Assembly: GCA_964016885.1 (NCBI GenBank)
Contig: OZ024743.1
Span: 43,710,001-43,774,000 of the forward strand
Direction: 5' to 3'
Length of the DNA stretch: 64,000 nucleotides
DNA from: Eledone cirrhosa
Taxonomy: Eukaryota
The translations under genes and the position numbers were made by a program. This document shows, piece after piece, positions 42,327 to 55,093 of this stretch. Each line of letters starts with the position of its first letter. Within the stretch, counting starts at the first letter, position 1. The notes below the pieces were generated by a model, which worked only from the letters and a program-made list of their open reading frames with translations, was not told the DNA's origin and ran no database searches.

Positions 42327-42850
42327 TAGGATTTCGCTTCAGGCATAGCGTTATACAAATATGTATAGAAATTTCGTATTTCTAAAGAAACACGCTTTTA
42401 GGAAGCCGGAGCTATGCAAACACTGGGGCTAACGCCCTCTGGTGGTCTCCAGCACAAGCAAGGGCGACAACCGTCTATGCATTTCATATGAAGCCGCATA
42501 AGTTGACTCAACTTATAAATGAATAGAAATAGGATTTCGCTTCAGGCATATCGGTATAGAAATATGTAGAGAAATTTCTATTCTATCATAAGTTGAGCCA
42601 ACTTATGCAGCTTCATATACAAATAAGATTAATCACCTCATTTACACAGACGATATTCTCGACTATTTTCAAGTCCAGCAATTGCAAGCGGTGGGAGGGA
42701 CCGTCCTGAAGAAGGCCAGTCAAGCCTGAAATGCATAGGCGGTTGTCCCCTTGCTTTTGCTGGACACCACCAGAGGACGTTAGCCCCGGTGTTTGCAGAG
42801 CTACGGCTTCCAAAACCGTGTTTCTTTAGAAATACGAAATTTCCATATAT
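42327..42850. mobile_element. Retrozyme-like element, circularly permuted, with inverted 5' segments, TA-flanked
   Basis: 42365-42486 is the reverse complement of 42727-42845. The minus-strand segment 42487-42578 links the unit's end to its start. Confidence 0.85.
42700..42743 (+). ncRNA. Canonical minimal type I hammerhead ribozyme
   Basis: accgtc-CTGAAGA-aggc cagtcaa gcct-GAAA-TGCA-TA-ggcggt, with extended stem gtccagcaa..gcaag..ggga/tccc..cttgc..ttgctggac. Confidence 0.92.
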
Positions 42851-43745
42851 GTATATATATTTCCGGGATAACAGATTACCGTTATAGGGAGTCCACTTAG
42901 ATGTAATCCAGTTTGAGTGCTCCGTGTAGTGGATGGTATTAACGTATGGCTTAGTTTGACTCAACAAGACGTTTCCATAGTGATGCTGCGAGTTCGCGGT
43001 GATTTCTATGTTTTTTATACTTGGTGTAATAATAGTCCAAGAAATAAAGGTGACATGGTTTGCTATACAATAAGGGCTTTATTCACATTTCTGACAATTG
43101 TTTCTTTGATCTGGTAGGTCTAGAGTCAGCTATTCGCTTGATATTTCGTCAATCGATCTCCAATACTTTGTTTATAACCAGTCGTTTTCATCAGAGCGTG
43201 CGAAAGTGAATAAGATACACAAGGCATGGATGTTATAGAGGAGTGGTATTAAACCAGAACAATAATATCAATAATACAATAACTAGATACTGAATAGTTA
43301 AAATAATAACATCAATATAAGTAAGAAATAGAGTATAATGATGAATCTAGCATATTAAACGAACTGATGTGATACAGATGTTTGAAATTGAGATGTGAAA
43401 AGTGATATAGGGTACAGTAGATGTAGTGTTAAGGTGGTGAAGAGATAACTAATAAAATGTACTTGGAGCCATGATTTAGGAGGTATATCGTATGATGTAG
43501 GTCTGAAAACACACTGGCAATAAACGGAAGATGTATTTATTGCTTAACAGATAAGCATTTTCGTTGTATTAGTTTAGTGAGAATGATAGGGAGGGTGCAA
43601 AGAGATATATAGTTTTTCTGTGGTGTTAAGTGAAGTTGTAGATTCGCTGTTTAAGTGGCCTATTCTAAAAGTTGGGATTGTTAGTTCGAATCATGAGGAT
43701 TTAGTTTTCACAACCTCAATAACAAATAGTGTATAAATAAGAAAA

Positions 43746-43935
43746 TAATTATTTCTACTTTTGGAACGAGGCCAGCAATTACCCAGTGCATTACTAGTAC
43801 TTTATTTTATCGACCCCGTACGGATGAAAGGCAAAGTTAACCTCGGCGGGATTTGAACTCAGATCATAAAGAGCCGTAACTCTTTGCTGCAAAGCATGGC
43901 GTCCGACCCTCTACCGATACTGCCAATCCACCGCC
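43746..43935 (-). mobile_element. Main SINE, full length
   Basis: Consensus match with TSD ataaataagaaaataat. Confidence 0.92.
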
Positions 43936-44058
43936 ATAAATAAGAAAATAATAATAACAATAATAGAGACAATAAAAGTAATCAAATAGTAAAATATGCA
44001 TGGTAAATAGAGAGAACATGATGAATAAAATTAGGGATACATTGAGATGATCATAATA

Positions 44059-44236
44059 ATAATTGTTTCTACTTTAGGCACAAGGCCAGCAATTACCCAG
44101 TACATTACTGGTACTTTATTTTATCGACCCCGTAAGGATGAAAGGCAAAGTTAACCTCGACGGGATTTGAACTCAGACCGTAAAGGGACGTAACTATGCT
44201 GGAAAGCATGGCGTCCGACTCTCTACCGATACTGCC
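44059..44236 (-). mobile_element. Main SINE, young insertion
   Basis: TSD cataataataat. Absent from the inverted paralogous arm (empty site at ~46030). Confidence 0.92.
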
Positions 44237-44558
44237 ATAATAATAATAAGAGGAAAATAAGATTTCAAGAAGTGTAGGAGTAATAAGGTAATGTACTTAG
44301 AATTAAGTTCATCTGTTAGAGATCATGAGTGCTAATGTGAGATACGTAGATATAATTGTTTGGTCCGAAGAAATAAACAACAGCAAATATGGGATTGATT
44401 TATGGGCTGACAATATAGTTGTAAACATTACTGCCCCGTCCTAGTGGTATAGATTTAGGGAGGCTAGAAGGTGTTTATAGAAGATGATGGTTCTGTAGTG
44501 GACTGTGTGAGAATGTGGATTTCATATGTTAAATGCTAAGTGATTTTCCCTTTATATA

Positions 44559-45121
44559 GGGGATGCTTGTTCGAATCACGGTGGTTTAAATCACGCAAAT
44601 TTTGTAGCAATCCTATGTCTGCAGAAAATTGACTTTTCAATTTTGCTGTTGAGTATCATTTTATCGTTCCTTAAGATGTGTAGCAATTCAAGGTTGCCGA
44701 GCCCGCGATGGGTCATTCCGCTGCTATAGGCCTTTGCGGCCGCTAATTTCGATCAGCTAATATTATAATTAAGTTTTTGTTCTTAAGGTGCCAGATTTTA
44801 TTGGCATTGGATCCACCGCGGGTGTTTTTAAAAAAAGGTGGTATGTGCACAGACATACAATGAAGAACCGTGCACTGGTAAATTCTACAACCCTCGCCAA
44901 TAACATCTGGCAACTTAAGGACAAAGAAAAATGATTACGATATTAGATGGTCGAAATTAGCGGCCGCAAATGCCTATAGCAGCGGTATGTCCCATTGCGG
45001 GCTCTGCAAACTTGAATTGCTACACATCTTAAGGAGCGATTAAATGGTCGATTTTCTGCAAACATAAGATTGCTACAACATTCGCGAAATTTAAACCACC
45101 GTGAGTCGAACCAGCATCCCC
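44559..45121. mobile_element. MITE-like DNA element with ~240-bp imperfect TIRs (GGGGATGC termini), flanked by TATA
   Basis: tata|ggggatgcttgttcgaatcacggtggtttaaat ... atttaaaccaccgtgagtcgaaccagcatcccc|tata. Confidence 0.7.
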
Positions 45122-45268
45122 TATAGCAGTTTTCACATGTCAATTTCATACATCTGTATCATATCATTTCGTTTAATATGCTAGATTCATCATTATACTC
45201 TACTTCTTACTTATATTGATGTTATTATTTTAACTATTCAGTATTGGCTTAATATTGATATTATTGTT

Positions 45269-46287
45269 GCAGAACCCGCAATGGGACATACCGCTGCTAT
45301 AGGCCTGTGCGGCCGCTAATTTCGACTATCTAATATTGTAATCATTTTTTTTGTCCTTAAGTTGCCAGATTTCATTGCCGAGGGTTGTAGAATTTACCAG
45401 TGCACGGTTCTTCATTGTATGTCTGTGCACATACCACCTTTTTTTAAAAACACCCGCGGTAGATCCAATGCCAATAAAATCTGGCACCTTAAGAACAAAA
45501 ACTTCATTACAATATTAGCCGATCGAAATTAGCGGCCGCAAAGGCCTATAGCAGCGGAATGACCCATCGCGGGCTCTGCAACCTTGAATTGCTACACATC
45601 TTAAGGAACGATAAAATGATACTCAACAGCAAAATTGAAAAGTCAATTTTCTGCAGACATAGGATTGCTACAAAATTTGCGTGATTTAAACCACCGTGAT
45701 TCGAACAAGCATCCCCTATATAAAGGGAAAATCACTAAGCATTTAACATATGAAATCCACATTCTCACACAGTCCACTACAGAACCATCATCTTCTATAA
45801 ACACCTTCTAGCCTCCCTAAATCTATACCACTAGGACGGGGCAGTAATGTTTACAACTATCTTGTCAGCCCATAAATCAATCCCATATTTGCTGTTGTTT
45901 ATTTCTTCGGACCAAACAATTATATCTACGTATCTCACATTAGCACTCATGATATCTAACAGATGAACTTAATTCTAAGTACATTACCTTATTACTCCTA
46001 CACTTCTTGAAATCTTATTTTCCTCTTATTATTATTATGATCATCTCAATGTATCCCTAATTTTATTCATTATGTTCTCTCTATTTATCATGCATATTTT
46101 ACTATTAGATTACTTTTATTGTCTCTATTATTGTTGTTATTATTTTCTTGTTTATGGCGGTGGATTGGCAGTATCGGTAGAGGGTCGGACGCCATGCTTT
46201 GTAGCAAAGAGTTACGGCCCTTTATGATCTGAGTTCAAATCCCGCCGAGGTTAACTTTGCCTTTCATCCTTACGGGGTCGATAAAAT
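45269..46287 (-). repeat. Inverted copy of 43803-45007, ending in (TA)n
   Basis: Reverse-complement identity including the MITE and SINE parts. 45122-45268 is a separate inverted copy of ~43258-43408. Confidence 0.92.
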
Positions 46288-46299
46288 ATATATATATAA

Positions 46300-46367
<68 letters not shown>

Positions 46368-48039
46368 TTATATATATATTTATGTACCTATGTCTTGAGA
46401 TATCTTCCGTGAAAGGATACGTCAATTTCCTTATCGAAGCAGCTTTGCACCAGAATAGCAGCAGCATAACTGAATGAACATTTCTGTCTATTTGTCATCT
46501 CGAAGTGTCGAGATATTGACACTGATTTAAACTTTTCTATAAAACATGATGTTTGTTGATCATGGATATATAGACGAAGTGGAAATATTGACACCATTTC
46601 ATTTATATACATCTGAGTTCTCCAAAGAAACTAAATGACTTCAAACGTGCATCTATATGAACATGTAGCATTATACTCTGCGATTCTTATACAAGTAAAT
46701 GAAATGATAAGAATCAACTACTGATATTTTGCCTCAAAATGTGTTAAATACTAATTTTGAAAATCGTAATCAGATATTATATTTGGTTGTACCTTTACTT
46801 GATTGTACTACCTATGTTGAAATGACACCAAAATCGACTTCGCTTATAATTAAGGTGATTGGTAATTTAAATCCGTAATCGTAGGAGCTTTACGAATATC
46901 TGCGTCATTAATAATTCATCCGCAGTTGATTTCTCAAATTTCAATGTTTATATTGACATTATAATATCGCTAAAAACGTGTATCTGTCGAGTACGTATGA
47001 GATTAAATGTACTGTTATATGACACTCAGATATCCATTAGATTAGTCGCGTACTGATGGGCGTATCTCATGAGATGCATTTTAAGTAACTGATTTTATCT
47101 GTGATATTTTATGGATAAATAGCAAGGGAATTTAAAGCAGCAGTGCCGTCGACACCGCCACGAAGAGCCACAACAGCAATGGCACAAGATCAACATAACA
47201 AACAAAAATAATAGCAGTAGTAGTAAAATCATCCCTAATAATCACACCAGCAAGAATATAATGATACAGGTTAAAATACCTTCTCTTACTGCACTGTGAA
47301 ATTGAAAACAAAGCAATGCGTTCTCGCCACCTATATATACTTCTCTAAACGTTCCATTCGTACTTTGCATGCGTAGGAGAAGTTTCTACGCTACTTGCTC
47401 GTAACTGTTGAAACTGTACAAAATGACATGTTACCACATTGAAACGTTCTTTCTGTTTTTGCTTTGTTGTCTTTGTTTCATATTTCTATATTAATATCCA
47501 ACAAAAATGTCCAATTTTATTCCGAAGATTCCTTTCTCTGAGAAAATATCTTATTTAATTGGATTATAAACAGAAGCACATCATAAAATGTCTATTCAAA
47601 ATGGATAGATCTCCTTACTATAGAATAAATATCCATATATTTTGTTGAATTGACATTAATGGAGAAAATACAGTAGTCAAACATACTCTTAGTAAATTTG
47701 CCACACCTGCTCTTGACAGCATTCCAAATAATGATCATTTTTAAATTCGACAAACAGTCAGATATTTGTTCCAACTGAAATTAGATTTTACTTGAAAAGG
47801 AATTTAGTTTCTCGGCCCTCAAACGTTGAAAAAGTAATGATGAACTTAACGAGGTTTTATCTTAGAATGCAAGTTGCAAAAATGAATATCCAAAGCATTT
47901 CGTCGCGACACATTAACGAATCTACCAATCTACCACATTAATAATAATAATGATGATGATAATAAAAATAATAATGATTTCTTCATTAGCCACACACGGT
48001 TCACATTAAGGAGACAATAAAGGCAGTATTGGACGGTAC

Positions 48040-48665
48040 AGTGTGGGTATTTTGTATTAAATAGAATTTATTGAGAAAATAAATATAAACAGACATAACA
48101 AATTCCTCAAAGGTGAGGAGGCTTCAAGGGTTACTCCTGGAGATTGCCCACACACATCCCGGTCACCTGGCTGTTCAGCAAACTGGTTGGAAAGCAGCAT
48201 TTCTCCCTCCATCCTGATTTTTCTTTAGGTGAAACTTAAAAAGGTTAATCACAGTTTCGCCGAAGAGGAAAGTTCTTGTGCTCAACCCTTTCAATCACTT
48301 TCACCACAAGGCCTCTTTCTCCATGGCCATCTGGTAGAGAAGAAATGTCTATCCTTTCCTGGAAAGAAGACGGTGGAGAGATCTTCATAAGTTGATAATC
48401 ATATGCGTCTCACACGTGACATCAGTTGCTCGACTTAAACCCACGGGTGAGCGATACTCGGAAACTCGATGATTGCGTGCAGGACAGTTTTGTCGCCTTG
48501 CACGCCTCTCGGACGGGTCTAGTTAATGACACTTCCATGGCTGTACAGATCATCTCGAACTGGCAAAGTTCCTCGGTAGCACTGCCAAGCCAGAGATTTC
48601 TGGAAGTTATCGACGAGCCCTGGATTGAAGATCCTATAGAAAATAATGGCTAGTTCATCTTCGGC
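48040..48665 (-). pseudogene. 3' fragment of a Tx1/L1-like LINE ORF2 (decayed)
   Basis: NFQKSLAWQCYRGTLPVRDDL..TRPRG..KTVLHAII resembles the zf-RVT/CCHC C-terminus. Confidence 0.55.
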
Positions 48666-48683
48666 GAACCATATTAATAATAA

Positions 48684-48990
48684 TAATTGTTTGTACTTTT
48701 GGCACAAGGCCAGCAATTCACCAGTGTATTACTGGTACTTTATTTTATCGACCCCGTAAGGATGAACGGCAAAGTTAACCTCAGAATAATAATGCTCTCT
48801 GATCCAGTTAAAAGTCATATATTTTATAGTAGGTGGAGACCGATAAAATTATACACAGTGCATTGCTGATACTTTATTTTATGGACCGTGCAAGATTGAA
48901 AGGCAAACGTAACGTCGGTGGAACATGAAATCAGAAGGTAGAAGGTTGCAACTCTATTCTACAGAGCATGTTGTCTCAGCTTCTATCGAT
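48684..48990 (-). mobile_element. Two partial main-family SINE copies
   Basis: Tail and core at 48684-48782, and an older copy at ~48855-48990. Confidence 0.75.
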
Positions 48991-49844
48991 ATTTTCGTAT
49001 CTAGTGTGGTAAACTCCTGTTTCATATGTCATTTATTTTCTCTACACGAATATAAACCACAATAAAAGCACTAAACAAATAATTCTAATAGCGCACATTT
49101 ATGTTTTATTCAATATTTCAATTACGTTTGTTTTTATGATTCATTAAGCGATTAAATGACAATAAATTCTCATATCCAAAATGATTACACAAATATATTT
49201 AACAGGTTATCAGAGACTAATATCTGATTGATTTTAATACGAGTGGTTTGCTATTTTGGTGCATGATATGTTAACACATTTATTTTATTATGACACGTTC
49301 GTAATTGAATAATAAGTAGAAAAAAATGAGGTGTTTATTATTCTGCAAATTTGTGTATCTTCTACGAAAAACTCTATGTAATCATTACGATTGATAAGGG
49401 ATTATACCAGCTTAATGTTTATCTTGTTGAAGTTGATTAGTTGTATTTACTTTAAACAATATAGTGTACAACAACTAGTATATATAAAGGTATATGTGTG
49501 GGTGTGTGCGTGTGTGTGTGTGTGCATCAAGAACCAATGTATCGTCTTCCTGTTTTCCTTCGGTTGCACCGTTTTTCGAAATATTTACTTCTGCGTTCAC
49601 AGATTGATTTTTTAGTTTCACAAGATCACGTTAAGGGTGAAAGCAGCGATTCATTGCTTAAGTTTTAATCTGTTATTTTAATAAATATATATATATCAAT
49701 GGCAACATTGAGGACCGAGTATATTATATTATATTAGATTACCGATATAAAAGACACAGAAGCGAAAAGCGAAAACCAACCAAACAGTGAGTGTTCTGTT
49801 ATTAATTCTGGCAATATTACACAAATATGACCCTCCCCAAGTAT

Positions 49845-49931
<87 letters not shown>

Positions 49932-49933
<2 letters not shown>

Positions 49934-52500
49934 AAGACGGGTAAAATTCCCGAGATCCAGGGACAAGTTCTCTCCAGCGGTCTCTGTCCCTCATTATCGC
50001 TGTCCCTCATTATGTCCTGCAGCTCCAACAGACCAGTGTCTGTCCTTAGGGCATCAACACACGTTATACTTGGTCTTCCTCTTCTAGTGTGTCCATGTAG
50101 GGGATCCCAAAGGAGCACTGAGTGCAATGTCAACTCTGGATATCGGTGAGCATGTCCAGCCAACCTCAGTCTCCTCTGTGTCACTTTTGAGCTGACTTTT
50201 GGGATGCTCCCATACAGCTCTGAGTTATTCATACTCAGTGTATACTGATTAATGTTCAGAGCCATCCTCAGCATTCTCGTGTAGCACCCATCCACCATCT
50301 GAGTGAGTTTCTTGGTCAGTGTCCAAGTCTCAGACCTATAAGCAGCACAGACTCCACTACAGCAATGAAGAGGCGGACCTTCGGGTCTCTACGAAGGTCC
50401 GACTTCCACACCGATCTCAAGCTGTGGCACGCCGCCCAGTCCTTGCTCTTCCTCTCAACCACATCATCTTCCGTATTCCCAATCTTTGCTCCCAAATACA
50501 GGAAGTCCTCAACCAATTCCAGTGGCTTCCCGCCTACATTAGTGATCCTCTCTGGCTTCTCAACATTCTCTACGTGATATTTTGTTTTAGTCTCATTCAT
50601 TCTCAGCCCCACACTCATCGATACAGTCTCAACCTCCCGCATCAAATCCTCTGCCTCCTTCACTGTATTTGTCACCAAGACTATGTCGTCGGCAAATTCA
50701 GCATCTGATACCTTTTTGGCCCTAACTCTCCTGCTCTGAGCCGGTGCTACAGTAAATCCAGAGTCCTGGTGTTTCTCCAGTGCAAGGCGCATACAATAGT
50801 CCACTACGATGATAAAAAGGTAGGGAGCCAATGTATCTCCCTGGAGCACTCCAGCCAGTATCTCAAAGAACTCTGTCATCGCATCAGGTGTAATGACTTG
50901 GGCTTTGGTGTTGGTGTAGAGCAGTGATATCAGGTCCACTATCCTCTTGGGATTCCATAAGCCTGTAAGATCTTCATCAGGCAGTAACGGTCCACAGAAT
51001 CAAAGGCCTTCCTAAAGTCACTGAAAACCATGACCGCAGGAAGGCACTTTGCTCTAGCTCCCTCTAATATCCTCCTCAGCATCAGGATATGACTGGTGGT
51101 TGATCTACCCTCTCTGAAGCCGTTTTGGTTGTCCCTGAGCTTCTTCTCCATCTCAGGCTGGATCCTGTTAAGAATCATCCTGTTGAGGGTCTTTGCCACA
51201 AGTGACGTCAGTGAGATCCCCCGGTAGTTGTTGGTGTTAGAGAGCTCTCCCCTCTTTGGCACTGGGACGATGTTACTGATCCTCCACTGATTCGGGGCAA
51301 CTCCTTTCTCCAGTGCCCCATTACAGAACCCCAGGGTGATATCATCAAAATCACACCTCTTCATCACCTCTGATGCCACTCCATCTTCTCCATGAGCCTT
51401 GCCCTCCTTGATCCTCTTCTTGGCTCTCTGAAGCTCCGCTATGGTGAAGGGCTCTGTCTCAACATCCAGTTCCTCAAACAGCCGCCTGATCTCCCCAGTG
51501 CTCTGGGCTGTGGAGGGTGGCTCTCCTAGTAGGGTCCTAAAATGGTCTAGCCATGTCCTCTTTCTATCCTCGAGCCCCATTCCCTGGATCTGACTCGAAC
51601 ACCTTCTCTTCCTCCCTGTGATCTCGTTGATGATCATCCAGCTCTCCTTACATCCAGATCTGTCAACCGCTCTCTCCCCACTTCTGATCTTCTCTATCAG
51701 TGCCTCCTCTCTGACCTCAGTGTAAGCGGTACAGAGCTCTTCCCTCATCACCTCCACAGTCTCCATCCTCTCCTCCGTAGGATCAGCATAGAATTGGTCC
51801 CTGGCAGCTTTCAGGTGTTCTCTGGCTGCACACACTTTTGGGTTTGCAGAGCTGACGTGCTTCCCTTTGTTCTTTTTCCTCGGCACCAGGGTTTCACTTG
51901 CTTCCACCACTGCATTGGTGAAGTGCCCGTACCTCCTCGTCACACTCTCCTCAGTCCATCCAATCTCTCTCTCCTCTGACTCTCCACACAGAGCACTAAA
52001 CCTGTTTCTCACTTCCACTGTGAACCTCTCCTGTAGCTTATCATCTTCCTTGAAAGCTCCCCAGTCATAGATTGTTCTCCGGGGCTGAGCCTTGCTCTTT
52101 CTTAAGCTCACGCAGACCTCAATCATAACAAGCCGGTGGTCACTACCCAGTGTACTGAAATAGCTGTATGGTTCCGTGTTCAGAAAGCTATTCCGCCAAT
52201 TTTTCCTCACCAGAATGAAATCAATCTGGGACTTGGACAGGTGCATATCTGAGATGTAGGTCCACATCTTCCCCAGATTCTTCCTAAACCTTAGGTTGGT
52301 CGCCATCAAGTTAGCCTCCTGCAGGGTGTCTCTCAGTAGTCTTCCATTTCGGTTGGTGTTGTTATGGAAGTACCAGCAAGGATCTTCACTGCCCTCCTTA
52401 CTCAGATGTGCATTGAAGTCCCCCAAAACAAGCAGGATATTGTGTGCCTGAGTGGTGTTGACAGCTCTACACACCTCCTCATGGAACTCCTCCGCATTCA
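49932..52500 (-). mobile_element. 5'-truncated RTE/RTEX-like LINE (AP endonuclease end + RT), at least two frameshifts, 3' end in (TA)n
   Basis: LGDFNAH, IDFIL, SDHRL, NYRGISL, QNGFR, DFRKAFDS, GVLQGDTLAPYLF, FADD, RRLRLAGH. Confidence 0.92.
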
Positions 52501-52960
52501 GGCCCATCTTCCCTGCACCCAAAGACGCTACGATGCAAAAGTAAATTGAAATATATGTATCCCTGTCTATAAAAACGTATTTGTTTTTATATGTGTTTGT
52601 GTATGTGCGTGAGTATATTTGTGTTCTTCTATAACAATTCATTCAAACGAATGACTTCAGAATATGATACGTAAGTACATAGAATAATATCCGTGATGAT
52701 TTTGTTATGTTTTACCCTCAGGAAATATATTGAATACACTGAGAGATGTCTTGCAATGTAGGTTATTTCAATAATTGTAAATAAAATAATCGTTATTTCT
52801 CACATTTACATCACAATTGCTTACTAAATTGCAAGTGACATCATTCTATTCAAATTTTACGGTAAATATAGCAAATATATTTCCTTTGAAAATTGAAAGC
52901 ATTACTTTACAGTATAATGAGAAATCGTCGTAATTAGATACATACATAATGTAACGTTAG

Positions 52961-53060
52961 AATCTTCTCCGGCAAATAAAGACAAGGACATGACACCTGA
53001 GGAAGTTGCCGAGCAACGTACAGTGGCTGATATAAACTCTATTATTGGTTGCTTTATTCG
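52961..53060 (+). CDS. Candidate host exon (xSSPANKDKDMTPEEVAEQRTVADINSIIGCFIR)
   Basis: TAG acceptor, strong CG|GTGAGT donor, open frame, non-repetitive coding-like composition. Confidence 0.5.
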
Positions 53061-53689
53061 GTGAGTCATTCATTATCTCGTCCATGGAGGACAAGTGAGA
53101 TATGCCGTCCAGCCGATGGTGTACAGTTCGCCTATCCCAATATTTCAGTCATTCATTTTATTTTGATTTAAACAAGTTTCTTTCTTTTTACGCAAAGTTA
53201 ACGTAATTTTGAAACTTGAATTATAATGAAAATATTTGGGTGATATTTTGAAACAGTTTATGTGTGTTGCCATGGCATTGTCTATGATAGATATGTAACA
53301 AAGTAGTATTAACAATTGTTTATTTATCGAACTTATATTCCCAGGGTTGAGGATAAACTATGAACTATACACATTCGACAATTGATGAACATCATTTAAC
53401 TTCTAATAAACGTATTCAGAATCTTACAAATATGCCGATGTAGAAGGTGCATGTATGTGTTAGTGTCCGTGTGTGTGTGTGTGTGTACGTGTGCGTGTGT
53501 GTGAGAGAGAGAGAGAGAGATCTAAGTGGAAAAAATGAAGTGATGTTTAGATAGAGCAGCTAGATATCACGTTTGACAGACAAAATATGACAGCCATATA
53601 CACATGCACGCATATATCATTATACTATTTCAGGCCATTGTGTATGGTATGCTACATGTACTTTAATACTTACCTAATGTTCCAACATT

Positions 53690-53838
53690 GTTAATTGACG
53701 GTATCGGTAGAGGATCGGGTGCCATGCTTTGAAGCATAGAGTTACCTCCCTTTATGATCCGAGTTCAAATCCCGCCGAGGTTAACATTGCCGTTCATCCT
53801 TACGGGGTCGATAAAATAAAGTACCAGTAATGCACTGG
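53690..53838 (+). mobile_element. Main SINE
   Basis: Consensus match. Confidence 0.85.
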
Positions 53839-54104
53839 CACTAGATGTCAATATATGAAATAAAATGGATGACTCTGTACGTATGCTACACTAATTTGAC
53901 AGTATTGTTAGCGCGTCGGATTAATTGCACTGGTATTTCGTTCGGCTCTCTAAGCTTCGATTTCGATTCCCTTCGGATGGCTAACTGGCTTTTAATCGAT
54001 TCTGAATTTATAAATAAACTACCAAGCCAAGGGTGGTAACATAATGTAATTCTTACGGGATCGATGGGAGAGTTATGGCTTATTTGACCACCTCTCTACC
54101 GTAG

Positions 54105-54176
54105 GTGTTCAGTTCCTGCATCCAGGATATTTTCAACTTTTGTTCCGTTGTTTTATCACATAATGTCCGATGATGG
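54105..54176 (+). CDS. Candidate host exon (CSVPASRIFSTFVPLFYHIMSDDG)
   Basis: ctctctaccgtag acceptor, GTAT donor, phase 2-2, open in frame with the previous exon. Confidence 0.4.
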
Positions 54177-54307
54177 GTATATATGCGATTATCTGCTATG
54201 CCATATGTGTGTATGCACGTATGTTTATATGCATATTATTATCGTTCAACAACATGTTCTATCATGCAGATAATCTCGTCAGCAAAACATAACAAATGCT
54301 TTCTCAG

Positions 54308-54368
54308 GAACCAGCGTATGGATACGATGTTGGCTGGGTCCTCCCCTAGGATTTGGGACAGCAAATAG
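54308..54368 (+). CDS. Candidate terminal exon (NQRMDTMLAGSSPRIWDSK*)
   Basis: ctttctcag acceptor, phase compatible, TAG stop, AATAAA at 54376. Confidence 0.4.
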
Positions 54369-54642
54369 CATCAGCAATAAAAATAAGAATGGAAACAGTT
54401 TCTCTGGGCCGTCTGATAATCGGTTACTTATTTGTTTGTTTTATATAGAATTCAATAGTTACCTTAAATAAAATACGCGATACCTATATATTAAATGATT
54501 TGATTCTAAATTTGTTTTTGTTGGAATGTTATCATTGTTCTTCCCGTCGTTATCGGAATCAGTAACAATCATGGTAGTATTACTATTTCTGAATAATATT
54601 AACAATAATCTACATTGCAAAACACAATCTACTAGATTCAAT

Positions 54643-54861
54643 TAATGATTTCTACTATAGGCACAAGGCCAGTAATTTGGGGGAAGGGGAAAGTCGATTA
54701 AATCGACCCCAGTACATTAGTGTTGCTTTATTTTATCGACCCCATAAGGATGAAAGGCAAAGTTAACCTCGGCAGGATTTGAACTCAGACCATAAAGGGA
54801 CGTGACTCTATGCTGCAAAGCATGGTGGATGGTCTCTACCGATACTGCCAATCCACCGCCC
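54643..54861 (-). mobile_element. Main SINE, longer subfamily variant
   Basis: Extra block ggggtcgatttaatcgactttccccttcccccaaa before the tail. Confidence 0.88.
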
Positions 54862-55093
54862 TTACTAGTGCCAATTAATACAACATATTCCTACTAGCTT
54901 ACACACGCTTACATTTGGACTTATTACATGTTTATAACTTCCTCTAGTCTATATTTCAGTATATCATTTTTACTGTTTATGATAAGAAGAGTATTTAACC
55001 CCTTCACACATTCAAATGCCTGGTTATCTATTCAATACTTTCGGTAGATAATTGTCATACGTACATATTTTCAGGAAACGTGAATTCATATAT

